39,351 nt of DNA from positions 1 through 39,351 of the forward strand of contig CAZJGP010000210.1 of NCBI GenBank assembly GCA_964545595.1. Reading direction: 5' to 3'. Below, in pieces: positions 1-8,003 of the stretch. How positions within the stretch are numbered: position 1 is the stretch's first letter; every line of letters begins with the position of its first letter. Both the position numbers and the translations under genes were made by a program. The stretch comes from an uncultured Flavobacteriaceae bacterium. Lineage in GTDB: Bacteria > Bacteroidota > Bacteroidia > Flavobacteriales > Flavobacteriaceae. The notes below the pieces were generated by a model. The model saw only the letters and a program-made list of their open reading frames with translations. It searched no databases and was not told where the DNA came from.

Positions 1-191
1 TCAATATTTTCTATAAGGTAGTTACCATCAAAATCAGTTGTAGCACCTTTTGTAGTTCCTTTTATTATAACATCGGCAAAAGGTAAAGGGTTACCAGCAT
101 ATTCTTTATCCTGGATATTTCCTTGTAAGTTTCCTTGAGCAAACATGCTAAAACTTGTAAGGGTAATTAAAATAAAAAGTAGTTTTTTCAT
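1..191 (-). CDS. TonB-dependent receptor, N-terminal part (runs off the left edge of the window)
   Basis: Hand translation from ATG at 191: MKKLLFILITLTSFSMFAQGNLQGNIQDKEYAGNPLPFADVIIKGTTKGATTDFDGNYLIENI... This is a signal peptide plus a carboxypeptidase-regulatory-like (SusC N-terminal extension) domain with G.TTDFDGNY. The full product is not visible. Confidence 0.75.
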   Translation of the reverse strand, partial: MKKLLFILITLTSFSMFAQGNLQGNIQDKEYAGNPLPFADVIIKGTTKGATTDFDGNYLIENI

Positions 192-229
192 TACTTAAAA
201 AATTAGATTCTTGGTTTTTCAATTCGTTG

Positions 230-315
230 CAAAGAAACGTTGCTAATGTTAAGGAAACATTAATGACTTGTTAATCTTACGTCATTTAGCATACCTAAAG
301 TTAATTTTAAGTTAT
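230..315 (-). promoter_or_regulatory. TBDR promoter: -7-like element plus Pho-box-like 11-bp repeats
   Basis: TTTCTTTG on the minus strand (230-237). Plus-strand GTTAA 248, ATTAA 259, GTTAA 270, GTCAT 281 (exact 11-bp period), then GTTAA 300 and GTTAT 311. Confidence 0.7.
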
Positions 316-337
316 GCGCTCTGAGACCCTATATAGC

Positions 338-394
338 TTAACAATTGCATAAGATTTAGTTTACATTAAAAAGGTTTTATCTGTTATATATTTG
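338..394 (+). promoter_or_regulatory. Plus-strand promoter with Pho-box-like repeats
   Basis: TTAACAA 338, ATAAGAT 349, TTTACAT 360 (11-bp period), followed by a perfect TATATTTG at 387-394. Confidence 0.65.
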
Positions 395-398
395 TCAA

Positions 399-473
399 CA
401 GATTTAAAAACATTTTTATGTTTTTAAGGTTTCAATTCAATTAAAAAGGCTGTTTAAAAACAGCCTTTTTTTT
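399..473 (+). ncRNA. Candidate small RNA (~75 nt); 5' end approximate
   Basis: Lies between the promoter at 387-394 and the terminator at 443-473. Perfect 10-bp hairpin TTAAAAACAT(404-413)/ATGTTTTTAA(418-427). No ORF of note. Confidence 0.5.
443..473. terminator. Intrinsic terminator, probably bidirectional
   Basis: AAAAAGGCTGTT-TAAA-AACAGCCTTTTT followed by further Ts. T8 on the plus strand, T5 on the minus strand. Confidence 0.8.
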
Positions 474-615
474 GTTTTACATTTAAGAAATGTATGGTAG
501 AATTTTGTGTATCATATATTAACTAAATAGTTAGGTTTGTGTTTCCTGTCTGTTAATACTGTTTTAAGAAAATTGTTGTATTTTATTTGTTCTTAAATCT
601 AGATAAGAGCAAAGT

Positions 616-972
616 TTATTTTTCAGTTGTAGCGTATACAATATCATCAAAATTAATTCCTTGGCTTTGCTTTATAAAAGCATCCAATTCTAATGTTTGA
701 TTTTTGTTTATTGTAATTTTTTTAGATTCGGTAGTATATCCTAAAAAACTAAATTCTAATGTGTAAGTTCCTTCTGGTAAGTTTTTAAAGTAGTAATTTC
801 CTCTAAAATCGGTAGAAACAGATTCTTTAGTTTCTTTAACAGTTACTTTTCCAAAAGTAATTGGTTCGTTATTTGTTGTAGCGTCAAATAAATGTCCTTT
901 TATAAGATTGTCTTGAGCTTGACAAGTAAAAGAATATAAAACAGCACTTATTACTAATAATAACTTTTTCAT
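616..972 (-). CDS. Secreted stand-alone carboxypeptidase-regulatory-like domain protein (118 aa)
   Basis: Signal peptide MKKLLLVISAVLYSFTCQA|Q, then IKGHLFD...EPI...STDFRGNYYFKNLPEGTYTLEFSFLGY. Start moved to ATG 972 because the TTG at 999 lies inside the TAATTTTG promoter element (997-1004). Confidence 0.85.
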   Translation of the reverse strand: MKKLLLVISAVLYSFTCQAQDNLIKGHLFDATTNNEPITFGKVTVKETKESVSTDFRGNYYFKNLPEGTYTLEFSFLGYTTESKKITINKNQTLELDAFIKQSQGINFDDIVYATTEK

Positions 973-996
973 CTTTATGGAATGATTAATTCGGTG

Positions 997-1063
997 CAAA
1001 ATTAGCGAACATATCCTTTTCTTTAATTAAGTAGGTGTTTTTTTAATGTTACCAAATAGTTAT
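997..1063 (-). promoter_or_regulatory. Promoter with Pho-box-like repeats
   Basis: TAATTTTG on the minus strand (997-1004). Plus-strand ATTAA 1026, GTTTT 1037, GTTAC 1048, GTTAT 1059 (11-bp period). Confidence 0.65.
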
Positions 1064-1078
1064 GTAATGCTATAAAGC

Positions 1079-1110
1079 AAAAGAGGCTTCCTTTTACAGG
1101 AAGCCTCTTT
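1079..1110 (-). terminator. Intrinsic terminator of the 1133-1492 gene
   Basis: 13-bp stem AAAGAGGCTTCCT-TTTAC-AGGAAGCCTCTTT, 22 nt past the stop codon. Confidence 0.85.
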
Positions 1111-1132
1111 AAAGTAGGTTGTGTTTATGGTG

Positions 1133-1492
1133 CTATTTTCTATTGAAATTTACGGCAACATTACTCTTATTTTCGTGTGTTTTAATAGAAGATATTTCGT
1201 TTTTAGAATAATCTACTTCAGATAATTCTTCTCCATTCCAAAAGAACCATTTTCCTGTTTTAGAACCATTAACGTATTTTCCAACGGCAACTTTGTCTCC
1301 TTGCTCATTATAAGATATCCATTTTCCGTGTAACTTTCCTTTTTTGTAAGTTCCGGTTTGTTGTACTTGACCATTCTCAAAAAAATAAGTTCCTTTAACA
1401 AAATCTCCATCTTTTTCAAAAACTGGTTTATTGTTTTGAGCAAATGCTAATGTGCTAAATAATAATGCTGTAATTATAAATATATTTTTCAT
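1133..1492 (-). CDS. Secreted MORN-variant/YwqK-like repeat protein (119 aa)
   Basis: Signal peptide (AFA|Q) and repeats YFFENGQVQQTGTYKKGKLHGKWISY and GKYVNGSKTGKWFFW. Confidence 0.8.
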   Translation of the reverse strand: MKNIFIITALLFSTLAFAQNNKPVFEKDGDFVKGTYFFENGQVQQTGTYKKGKLHGKWISYNEQGDKVAVGKYVNGSKTGKWFFWNGEELSEVDYSKNEISSIKTHENKSNVAVNFNRK

Positions 1493-1523
1493 CTTGATAT
1501 GACTTTAGTAGGTTACTGTATGT

Positions 1524-1578
1524 CAAATATACAATAAGTTTACATACAAAACACTATTTGTTAACATTAAATTTACAT
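1524..1578 (-). promoter_or_regulatory. Promoter overlapped by inverted Pho-box-like repeats
   Basis: TATATTTG on the minus strand (1524-1531). Plus-strand TATACAA 1528, TTTACAT 1539, TTAACAT 1561, TTTACAT 1572 in 11-bp register. Confidence 0.55.
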
Positions 1579-1606
1579 TAGGTGCATTGGTGTATAATTT
1601 GTACAT

Positions 1607-1649
1607 AAAAAAAGCCTTTAATAATTCAACTGAATTATTAAAGGCTTTT
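1607..1649 (-). terminator. Intrinsic terminator of the Pit gene
   Basis: Long inverted repeat AAAAGCCTTTAATAATTCA/TGAATTATTAAAGGCTTTT, with an A-run that gives a minus-strand U tract. Confidence 0.85.
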
Positions 1650-1674
1650 ACTGTTAGGTTTTAAATTTAGAAGA

Positions 1675-3921
1675 TTATTCTTTTTTATAACCTTTGTAGT
1701 ATTCTTCAATTAAGTCCATAACTCCAGCTACTAAGTTTTTAGATTCAATTAATATATTGAAATATAAAGTTGTGTTTTTAGGACTAGATTCTTCTGTTCT
1801 TGTACGTTCAATTTGTTTTTGAATTTTATCTTGTAAAGCAGAAGCTATTTGTTCATTCTTATTAATAATATGCTTAATGTCGTCAAAGCTCTTATTATCA
1901 AAAATAACAATAATATCTGTTAAAAGACTATCTAGAGTAGCAGTAAGCTCATGTAAGTCTTTAATTTGGTTGTAGCGTAATTTTTTGTGCTGATTGTTAA
2001 CATGCTTGTAACTCTTTTTAGAAATGTATTCTAATGACTGTGCAATGTCTGTTAAATAACCAAGTATGCTAATGTAAAAACTACTTCCGCTAACGCTAGT
2101 TTCTTCTAGGTTTTTAATTATATAGAAAATATTATCTCTAAGGTCTTCAATTTCTAAATCTAATTTTTCAATACCTTTTTTACTTTTCTTAAGCTTTTTT
2201 AAATCTTCATCAGAAAGCCCTTTAAGTACTTCGCTATAAATAGTATTAGATCTAGTTATTACTCTAGAGATGTTATCCGCACTTTCGTTAATAATACCTT
2301 GCACAGTATTACTTTCAGCTTTCTTTAATGTTTTTGAATCTGCCTGAGCAATACTTTTCTTTTTATGAGAAAGGTAATTTTTAATTAGTAAGAATGCAGT
2401 AAGAAGTAATAATATAGGAATCATTACTTCTTTATTCCATTTAATTAAAAACACTACTATTCCTGCGGCAGTAAATGCACCAAAGGCAGTAAAAAACCAA
2501 CCTCCAATTACATTTAGTACACCAGCAACTCTATATACAGCGCTTTCTCTACCCCAAGCCCTATCAGCTAAAGAGGTACCCATAGCAACCATAAAGGTTA
2601 CATAAGTGGTAGATAAAGGAAGTTTCATTGTTGTTGCAATTGATATTAAAATACCGGCAACAATTAAGTTGATAGATGCTCTAATTAAATCGAATGCAGG
2701 TGCGTTAATACTTTGATCTTTTGTAAGTAAAGTAGTGTCGGGTTTTTCGAAACTTTTGTTTATTTTTTCCTGTGTACTTTTAGGTATAATTGAATCTACA
2801 GCATCTGAAATAGCAGTACCAATAGTAACTATTCCTCTAGATAAGGCGTTAGGGTCAAACTTATCATGTGTGTCTCCTTGTCTAGAAAGGCTAAGTTCTG
2901 TTTCGGCAACTGTTTTTGCTTTTTTAGAAAACCATAGTGTTAAAACCATTATTCCACCTGCAATAAATAATAAGAATGGTTCTGCAGGCATTCTTTTATC
3001 TAAAACTTCCATAGTAAAATCTGCAGCAGCAATACCTGAAGTTGACCAAGCTACCCACGAGTGGTAAGCGGCCATTGGTACTCCAATAAAGTTAACTAAG
3101 TCGTTACCAGAAAAAGCTAAAGCTAGACCAAATGTTCCAATAGCGATAACAACTATTAAGATGCTTTTTTTAGTGATTTTTTGAAATAAATGAGATAATC
3201 CAGTAAGAATAAGGAAACCAGCTAGTATTATAAAGAATTCATTATTATCTACGGTTCCTTTAATTTGACTATAGTAAGGAGAACCTTTTAAACCTTTCAT
3301 TATAATAAAATAAAGAATTGCAGTTAAAGAAACTCCTCCAAATATAGATCCAAAATTCTTTATTTTCTTTTCGTAGTAAAAAGTAAAAACCAAACGCGAA
3401 AGCCATTGTACTAATGCTCCAATACTAAAAGCAATAACTACCGACATTAAAATACCTTTAATAATATCTAATGCTTTTTCGGTGTTTATATAGCTTCCTA
3501 AGTCTGCTAAAGTTTCTGTATCCGATGCTGTAATTTTTAATAATGAAATTACCACAGCAGCACCTAAAAGATTAAAAACAATAGATACGGTTGTAGATGT
3601 AGGAAGACCAAGAGTATTAAAAAAGTCTAATAATAAAATATCTGTAATCATTACAGTCATAAATATTATCATTATTTCATCAAAATTGAACATGGCAGGA
3701 ACAAAAATACCCTTACGAGCTACCTCCATCATTCCACTAGAGAATACTGCGCCTATAAAAATACCGAAACTGGCAACTATCATAATGGTTTTCATTGATA
3801 GTGCTTTTGATCCAATAGCTGAATTTAAAAAGTTTATAGCATCATTACTAACTCCCACTACAATGTCAACGACAGCAAGTAATGTTAGAGCAATAAGCAT
3901 GAATAAATAAATGTTTTCCAT
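1675..3921 (-). CDS. Inorganic phosphate transporter (PiT/PHO4 family) with C-terminal PhoU-like helical domain (748 aa)
   Basis: PiT signatures GVSNDAINF, LPTSTT, GNDLVNF and LPLSTT, multiple TM helices, and a soluble helical C-terminus of about 200 aa. Start taken as ATG 3921 (MENIYLF). Confidence 0.9.
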   Translation of the reverse strand: MENIYLFMLIALTLLAVVDIVVGVSNDAINFLNSAIGSKALSMKTIMIVASFGIFIGAVFSSGMMEVARKGIFVPAMFNFDEIMIIFMTVMITDILLLDFFNTLGLPTSTTVSIVFNLLGAAVVISLLKITASDTETLADLGSYINTEKALDIIKGILMSVVIAFSIGALVQWLSRLVFTFYYEKKIKNFGSIFGGVSLTAILYFIIMKGLKGSPYYSQIKGTVDNNEFFIILAGFLILTGLSHLFQKITKKSILIVVIAIGTFGLALAFSGNDLVNFIGVPMAAYHSWVAWSTSGIAAADFTMEVLDKRMPAEPFLLFIAGGIMVLTLWFSKKAKTVAETELSLSRQGDTHDKFDPNALSRGIVTIGTAISDAVDSIIPKSTQEKINKSFEKPDTTLLTKDQSINAPAFDLIRASINLIVAGILISIATTMKLPLSTTYVTFMVAMGTSLADRAWGRESAVYRVAGVLNVIGGWFFTAFGAFTAAGIVVFLIKWNKEVMIPILLLLTAFLLIKNYLSHKKKSIAQADSKTLKKAESNTVQGIINESADNISRVITRSNTIYSEVLKGLSDEDLKKLKKSKKGIEKLDLEIEDLRDNIFYIIKNLEETSVSGSSFYISILGYLTDIAQSLEYISKKSYKHVNNQHKKLRYNQIKDLHELTATLDSLLTDIIVIFDNKSFDDIKHIINKNEQIASALQDKIQKQIERTRTEESSPKNTTLYFNILIESKNLVAGVMDLIEEYYKGYKKE

Positions 3922-3942
3922 AGTAAAAAAAAAATTTAAAAG

Positions 3943-3987
3943 CAAAGGTCTGCTTTTGACATGGTCTATTTGTTATCTAAAGGTTAA
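3943..3987 (-). promoter_or_regulatory. Pit promoter with Pho-box-like pair
   Basis: GACCTTTG on the minus strand (3943-3950). Plus-strand GTTAT 3972 and GTTAA 3983, at the same +29/+40 offsets from the -7 element as at the TBDR promoter. Confidence 0.6.
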
Positions 3988-4235
3988 ATAAGATGGCGCA
4001 ATTTACTAAAATTGTTAATCGAAATTTAGATAAATGTCAATTCCTACAAATTTTGTGTTTTTTTATTTGAGAACCTTTCAAATATTTTTGGTTATATTTT
4101 AAATGAGGTGTTTTTTTACCATTTTTAAAAGGATCAATTATATTAATAAAGTGTAATTCTATTTAAAGTTTAGGTAATTTTTTTGTTAAAAAGCTGTAGT
4201 GTGTTTAAAATAAAGTTTAATAAGAATCGTATATT

Positions 4236-4318
4236 GTTACGAATTGCAAAGCTTAACGTTAACCTTGTGTTACCAAACAGTCAATTGTCATTGCGCTATG
4301 CATTAAATACTATATTTA
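4236..4318 (+). promoter_or_regulatory. phoP upstream region with 11-bp repeats (possible autoregulation)
   Basis: GTTAC 4236, GTTAA 4258, GTTAC 4269, GTCAA 4280 in register. A -7-like TATATTTA lies at 4311-4318. Confidence 0.55.
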
Positions 4319-4352
4319 ACGAAAAGAAAATTGATTAGAAAAAAATATTGTA

Positions 4353-5042
4353 ATGGAAAAAAGTAATGTAACTATTTTATTAGTTGATGACGAGCCGGAT
4401 ATTTTAGAGATTGTAAGTTATAATCTAAAAGAAGAAGGTTATAAGGTGTTTACTGCTGGAAATGGTTTAGAAGCTATTGAAATAGCTAAGGAAAAGAAAC
4501 CTCATTTAGTTATTTTAGACGTTATGATGCCTGAGATGGATGGTATTGAAGCTTGTGAAAAATTACGAAAAATACCAGAGTTAGAAAATACTATTATTAC
4601 TTTTTTAACTGCTCGTGGCGAAGATTATTCACAAGTAGCAGGTTTTGATGCTGGAGCAGATGATTATATTACAAAACCAGTAAGACCTAAAGTATTGGTG
4701 AGTAAAGTTGGTGCATTGTTAAGAAGGTTTCAAAAAGAAACAGAATCATCAGATATTACTAAAATTGGTAATTTACATATTAACAGAGAAGAATATAAAG
4801 TTATTAATAAAGGAGATGAATTAATTCTTCCTAGAAAAGAATTTGAACTTTTATCTCTTTTGGTTTCTAAACCAGGAAAAGTTTTTAAAAGAGAAGATAT
4901 TCTTCATAAAGTTTGGGGTAATGAGGTTGTTGTAGGAGGGCGTACCATTGATGTTCATATTAGAAAATTGAGAGAAAAAATTGGAGATAAGAGCTTTAAG
5001 ACAATTAAAGGTGTTGGTTATAAATTTGTTGTTGAAGATTAG
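4353..5042 (+). CDS. phoP: OmpR/PhoB-family response regulator (phosphate regulon)
   Basis: REC motifs LLVDDE, LDVMMP, FLTA and DYITKP; winged-helix RTIDVHIRKLREK...GVGY; adjacent to a PhoR-like kinase and Pit. Confidence 0.88.
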   Translation: MEKSNVTILLVDDEPDILEIVSYNLKEEGYKVFTAGNGLEAIEIAKEKKPHLVILDVMMPEMDGIEACEKLRKIPELENTIITFLTARGEDYSQVAGFDAGADDYITKPVRPKVLVSKVGALLRRFQKETESSDITKIGNLHINREEYKVINKGDELILPRKEFELLSLLVSKPGKVFKREDILHKVWGNEVVVGGRTIDVHIRKLREKIGDKSFKTIKGVGYKFVVED

Positions 5043-5056
5043 TTTGTAAAGGTTTA

Positions 5057-6112
5057 ATGGAAGAAACAATAAGTCACAAGTCTTCAAGAGGCTATGCTAT
5101 ATTAACAGCTTTATTGCTATCTAGTTTGCTAACTATTTTTTTAGGAAGCATGTTATATGCTGTTCGAATGTTTCATTTTGGGCTTTTGTTTAGTTTTATG
5201 TTAATGGCCTTTGTTGTAACATTTACTGTGTTTCGCTTTCGATTTAAAAATTATGTAGATAAAAAAGTTTCTTTAATATATGAAGAAATAGGAAGTATTG
5301 ATCAGGTTGATGAAAACACTGTAAAAACAGTTAATACCGATATGGATTCTTTAATAGGACGTGTTAAAGACTATGCAAATAATAGAAAAACAGAAATTGA
5401 AGTATTAAAAGGTCGTGAAGAATATCGTAAAGAATTTTTAGGAAACGTTTCTCATGAGTTGAAAACACCACTATTTACAATACAAGGTTATGTGTTAACA
5501 CTTTTAGATGGAGCAAAAGATAAACCAGAACTTTGTACTAAATATTTAGAAAGAACAAATAAAGGAGTAGAGAGGTTAAATTATATAATTAAAGATTTAG
5601 ATTTAATTTCGAAATTAGAAATAGGAGATTTAGCTCTCGATATAGAAGAATTTAATGTTATTGATCTTATAAAAAATGTTTTTGAATTGCTTGAAATGAA
5701 AGCAAATAAAAAGAACATTACATTAACATTTGATAAGTACTATAAATCTGCAGTACTAGTTAGCGCCGATAAAGAACGTATTAGACAAGTTTTAACAAAC
5801 CTTATTGTTAATTCTATTAAATACGGGAATGATGATGGTACTACCGAAGTTAGTGTTGAGGAGTTAGTAGAAGGAAAATTGATTGTTCGAGTAACGGACA
5901 ATGGAGAAGGTATTGAAAAAGACTTTTTGCCTCGTTTGTTTGAACGTTTTTATAGAGTAAGTAAAAGCCGTTCAAGAGAAGAGGGAGGTTCTGGTTTAGG
6001 ACTTTCTATAGTAAAGCATATTATTGAAGCGCATAAAGAACAAATTTATGTAGAAAGTATATATGGTATAGGAAGTGAATTTTCGTTTACTATAGAAAAA
6101 TCAAATTCATAA
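5057..6112 (+). CDS. phoR: PhoR-like sensor histidine kinase
   Basis: Two N-terminal TM segments, EFLGNVSHELKTPL, NLIVNSIKY, DNGEGI, FERFYRV...SR...GGSGLGLSIVKH. Confidence 0.88.
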   Translation: MEETISHKSSRGYAILTALLLSSLLTIFLGSMLYAVRMFHFGLLFSFMLMAFVVTFTVFRFRFKNYVDKKVSLIYEEIGSIDQVDENTVKTVNTDMDSLIGRVKDYANNRKTEIEVLKGREEYRKEFLGNVSHELKTPLFTIQGYVLTLLDGAKDKPELCTKYLERTNKGVERLNYIIKDLDLISKLEIGDLALDIEEFNVIDLIKNVFELLEMKANKKNITLTFDKYYKSAVLVSADKERIRQVLTNLIVNSIKYGNDDGTTEVSVEELVEGKLIVRVTDNGEGIEKDFLPRLFERFYRVSKSRSREEGGSGLGLSIVKHIIEAHKEQIYVESIYGIGSEFSFTIEKSNS

Positions 6113-6191
6113 TTTGCTAATTTGATTTTAAGCTTATCAAAGTTAATTCTAAAAACAAATTCACTAATTTTGCACTCATAAATTTGATGTA

Positions 6192-6863
6192 GTGGGAAGT
6201 AAAAATAAACTGAAGCGTTTCAATGAAAATGAAACTTTTAAAAACGTAATTCAACCAACACGAGAAGAGGTGCTTAATGATTTATTATCCTTAAAAGGAA
6301 ATTGGAGTAAGCGTTTTAATAACAATAACCCAATTGTTTTAGAATTAGGATGTGGTAAAGGAGAGTATACTGTTGGTTTAGCTGAATTATATCCTGACAA
6401 AAACTTTATAGGAATTGATATAAAGGGAGCTCGTTTTTGGAGAGGTGCTAAAACAGCTACAGAATCTAAGATGGATAATGTTTATTTTATTCGTACTCAA
6501 ATAGAATTAATTACATCAATTTTTGCTGATAATGAAGTTTCTGAAATTTGGATAACATTTCCAGATCCTCAAATAAAATACAAGCGAACAAAACACCGTA
6601 TGACCAATGAGGTTTTTTTAGCAAATTATAAGAAAATATTAAACCCAGAAGGTATAGTGCATTTGAAAACAGATAGTGAGTTTATGCATGGTTATACATT
6701 AGGGTTGCTTCATGGAGCTGGTCACGAGGTGCTTTATGCTAATCACGATGTTTATAAAAACGGAGGAGCACCAAAAGAAGTTTTAGATATTCAAACTTTC
6801 TATGAAAATCAGTATCTTGAGAAAAATAAAGCCATCACATACACACGCTTCAAAATAAAATAG
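6192..6863 (+). CDS. trmB: tRNA (guanine-N7)-methyltransferase
   Basis: LELGCGKG, GIDIKGAR, ITFPDPQ, LKTDS, QTFYE. GTG start. TAATTTTG promoter element at 6165-6172. Confidence 0.95.
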   Translation: MGSKNKLKRFNENETFKNVIQPTREEVLNDLLSLKGNWSKRFNNNNPIVLELGCGKGEYTVGLAELYPDKNFIGIDIKGARFWRGAKTATESKMDNVYFIRTQIELITSIFADNEVSEIWITFPDPQIKYKRTKHRMTNEVFLANYKKILNPEGIVHLKTDSEFMHGYTLGLLHGAGHEVLYANHDVYKNGGAPKEVLDIQTFYENQYLEKNKAITYTRFKIK

Positions 6864-6864
6864 A

Positions 6865-7494
6865 TTGATAACCACTAAAATTTTTGTTATTACATTTTTT
6901 TCTGCTCTAGTGGGGGTTATACCTCCAGGGCTAGTAAATATGACAGTAGCAAAAACATGTGTAGAGCGTGGTAAAAACAATGGTATATCGGTAGCTTTTG
7001 GGGCATCGATAGTTGTTATTATTCAAGCTTGGGTGGCAATTCAGTTAGCTCGTTATATTTTTGATGACAGATGGATGTATAATATGATACTCCGTACAGG
7101 TCTGGTAATCTTTTTATTATTAGGAATTTATTTTTTTGTTAAAGCAAAAAAACAATCTGCAAAAAAAGAAGTAAAGCTTTCTAAGCATGGAATTGTTCGT
7201 AGTTTTTTTAAGGGAGCTATGATTTCAGCTTTTAATATTTTGCCTATTCCATACTTCTGTGCTATTGGGGCAGCATTAAATTTAAAAGGAACAGTTGATT
7301 ATGATGTATCAACAATTATAACTTTTATCTTGGCAGCAGGTACAGGTACTTTTGCAATGCTATATATCTACGCACTTTCTTTTTTAAGAATAGAGGTTAA
7401 AGAAGAAAAATTTGTTAGAAAATCTAATTATATAATGGCAACACTTATGGGGTTGTTAATGATAGTTACACTTATTCGTATTATAGCTGAATAA
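6865..7494 (+). CDS. LysE-family translocator
   Basis: N-terminal GVIPPGLVNM motif, about 6 TM segments, 209 aa. Confidence 0.8.
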   Translation: MITTKIFVITFFSALVGVIPPGLVNMTVAKTCVERGKNNGISVAFGASIVVIIQAWVAIQLARYIFDDRWMYNMILRTGLVIFLLLGIYFFVKAKKQSAKKEVKLSKHGIVRSFFKGAMISAFNILPIPYFCAIGAALNLKGTVDYDVSTIITFILAAGTGTFAMLYIYALSFLRIEVKEEKFVRKSNYIMATLMGLLMIVTLIRIIAE

Positions 7495-7832
7495 TGGAAT
7501 ATAAGCCAGATACGTTAAATTTCTTTGATCGAGTTTATGAAGTTGTTTTGTTAATTCCTTTTGGGAAAGTAACAACCTATGGAGCAATAGCTAAATATTT
7601 AGGTTCTGCACGTAGTTCTCGAATGGTTGGTTGGGCAATGAACGCAGCACATAGTAGACCCGATGTTCCTGCTCATAGAGTAGTTAATAGAATAGGTGTT
7701 TTGACAGGGAAACATCATTTTTTAGGAACAAATTTAATGCAGCAATTATTAGAAAATGAAGGGGTTGTTGTTAAAGATGATAAAGTACAAAACTTCAAAG
7801 AAGTACTTTGGGACCCGTTAGAAAACTTATAA
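7494..7832 (+). CDS. MGMT-family alkyltransferase-like (ATL) protein
   Basis: IPFGKVTTYGAIA, RMVGWAM, PAHRVV (Ala in place of the catalytic Cys of PCHRV). Confidence 0.88.
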   Translation: MEYKPDTLNFFDRVYEVVLLIPFGKVTTYGAIAKYLGSARSSRMVGWAMNAAHSRPDVPAHRVVNRIGVLTGKHHFLGTNLMQQLLENEGVVVKDDKVQNFKEVLWDPLENL

Positions 7833-7912
7833 GAGTCTTAATTGTAGGTTGTGTTGTTAAAATGCGACAATTTTAATGTAGTTTATTTATTTAAAAAAAT
7901 ACCTTAATACTT

Positions 7913-7920
7913 TATATTTG
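7913..7920 (+). promoter_or_regulatory. Bacteroidota -7 promoter element for mrp-nfu
   Basis: TATATTTG about 85 nt upstream of ATG 8004. Confidence 0.6.
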
Positions 7921-8003
7921 CAGAGGTTTAAAACTACTTTTCTTTTTATTTTTAAAAGAAAAATTACAAGAGATTACTTCTCAATAAAAGTCAATAAATA
8001 TAC

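Noticed and set aside
973-999. Upstream start extensions in the ORF track (999, 3945, 22618, 25494, 26164, 32396)
   Set aside because: They overlap promoter elements or neighbouring genes, and downstream ATGs give proper signal peptides or N-termini.
1133-1492. Toxin-antitoxin system (YwqK-like antitoxin)
   Set aside because: Only a generic MORN-like repeat is present, with a signal peptide and no adjacent toxin gene.
4000-4235. Possible small gene or porin remnant between pit and phoP
   Set aside because: Hand translation of part of the minus strand gave only very short frames, and no convincing structure was seen.
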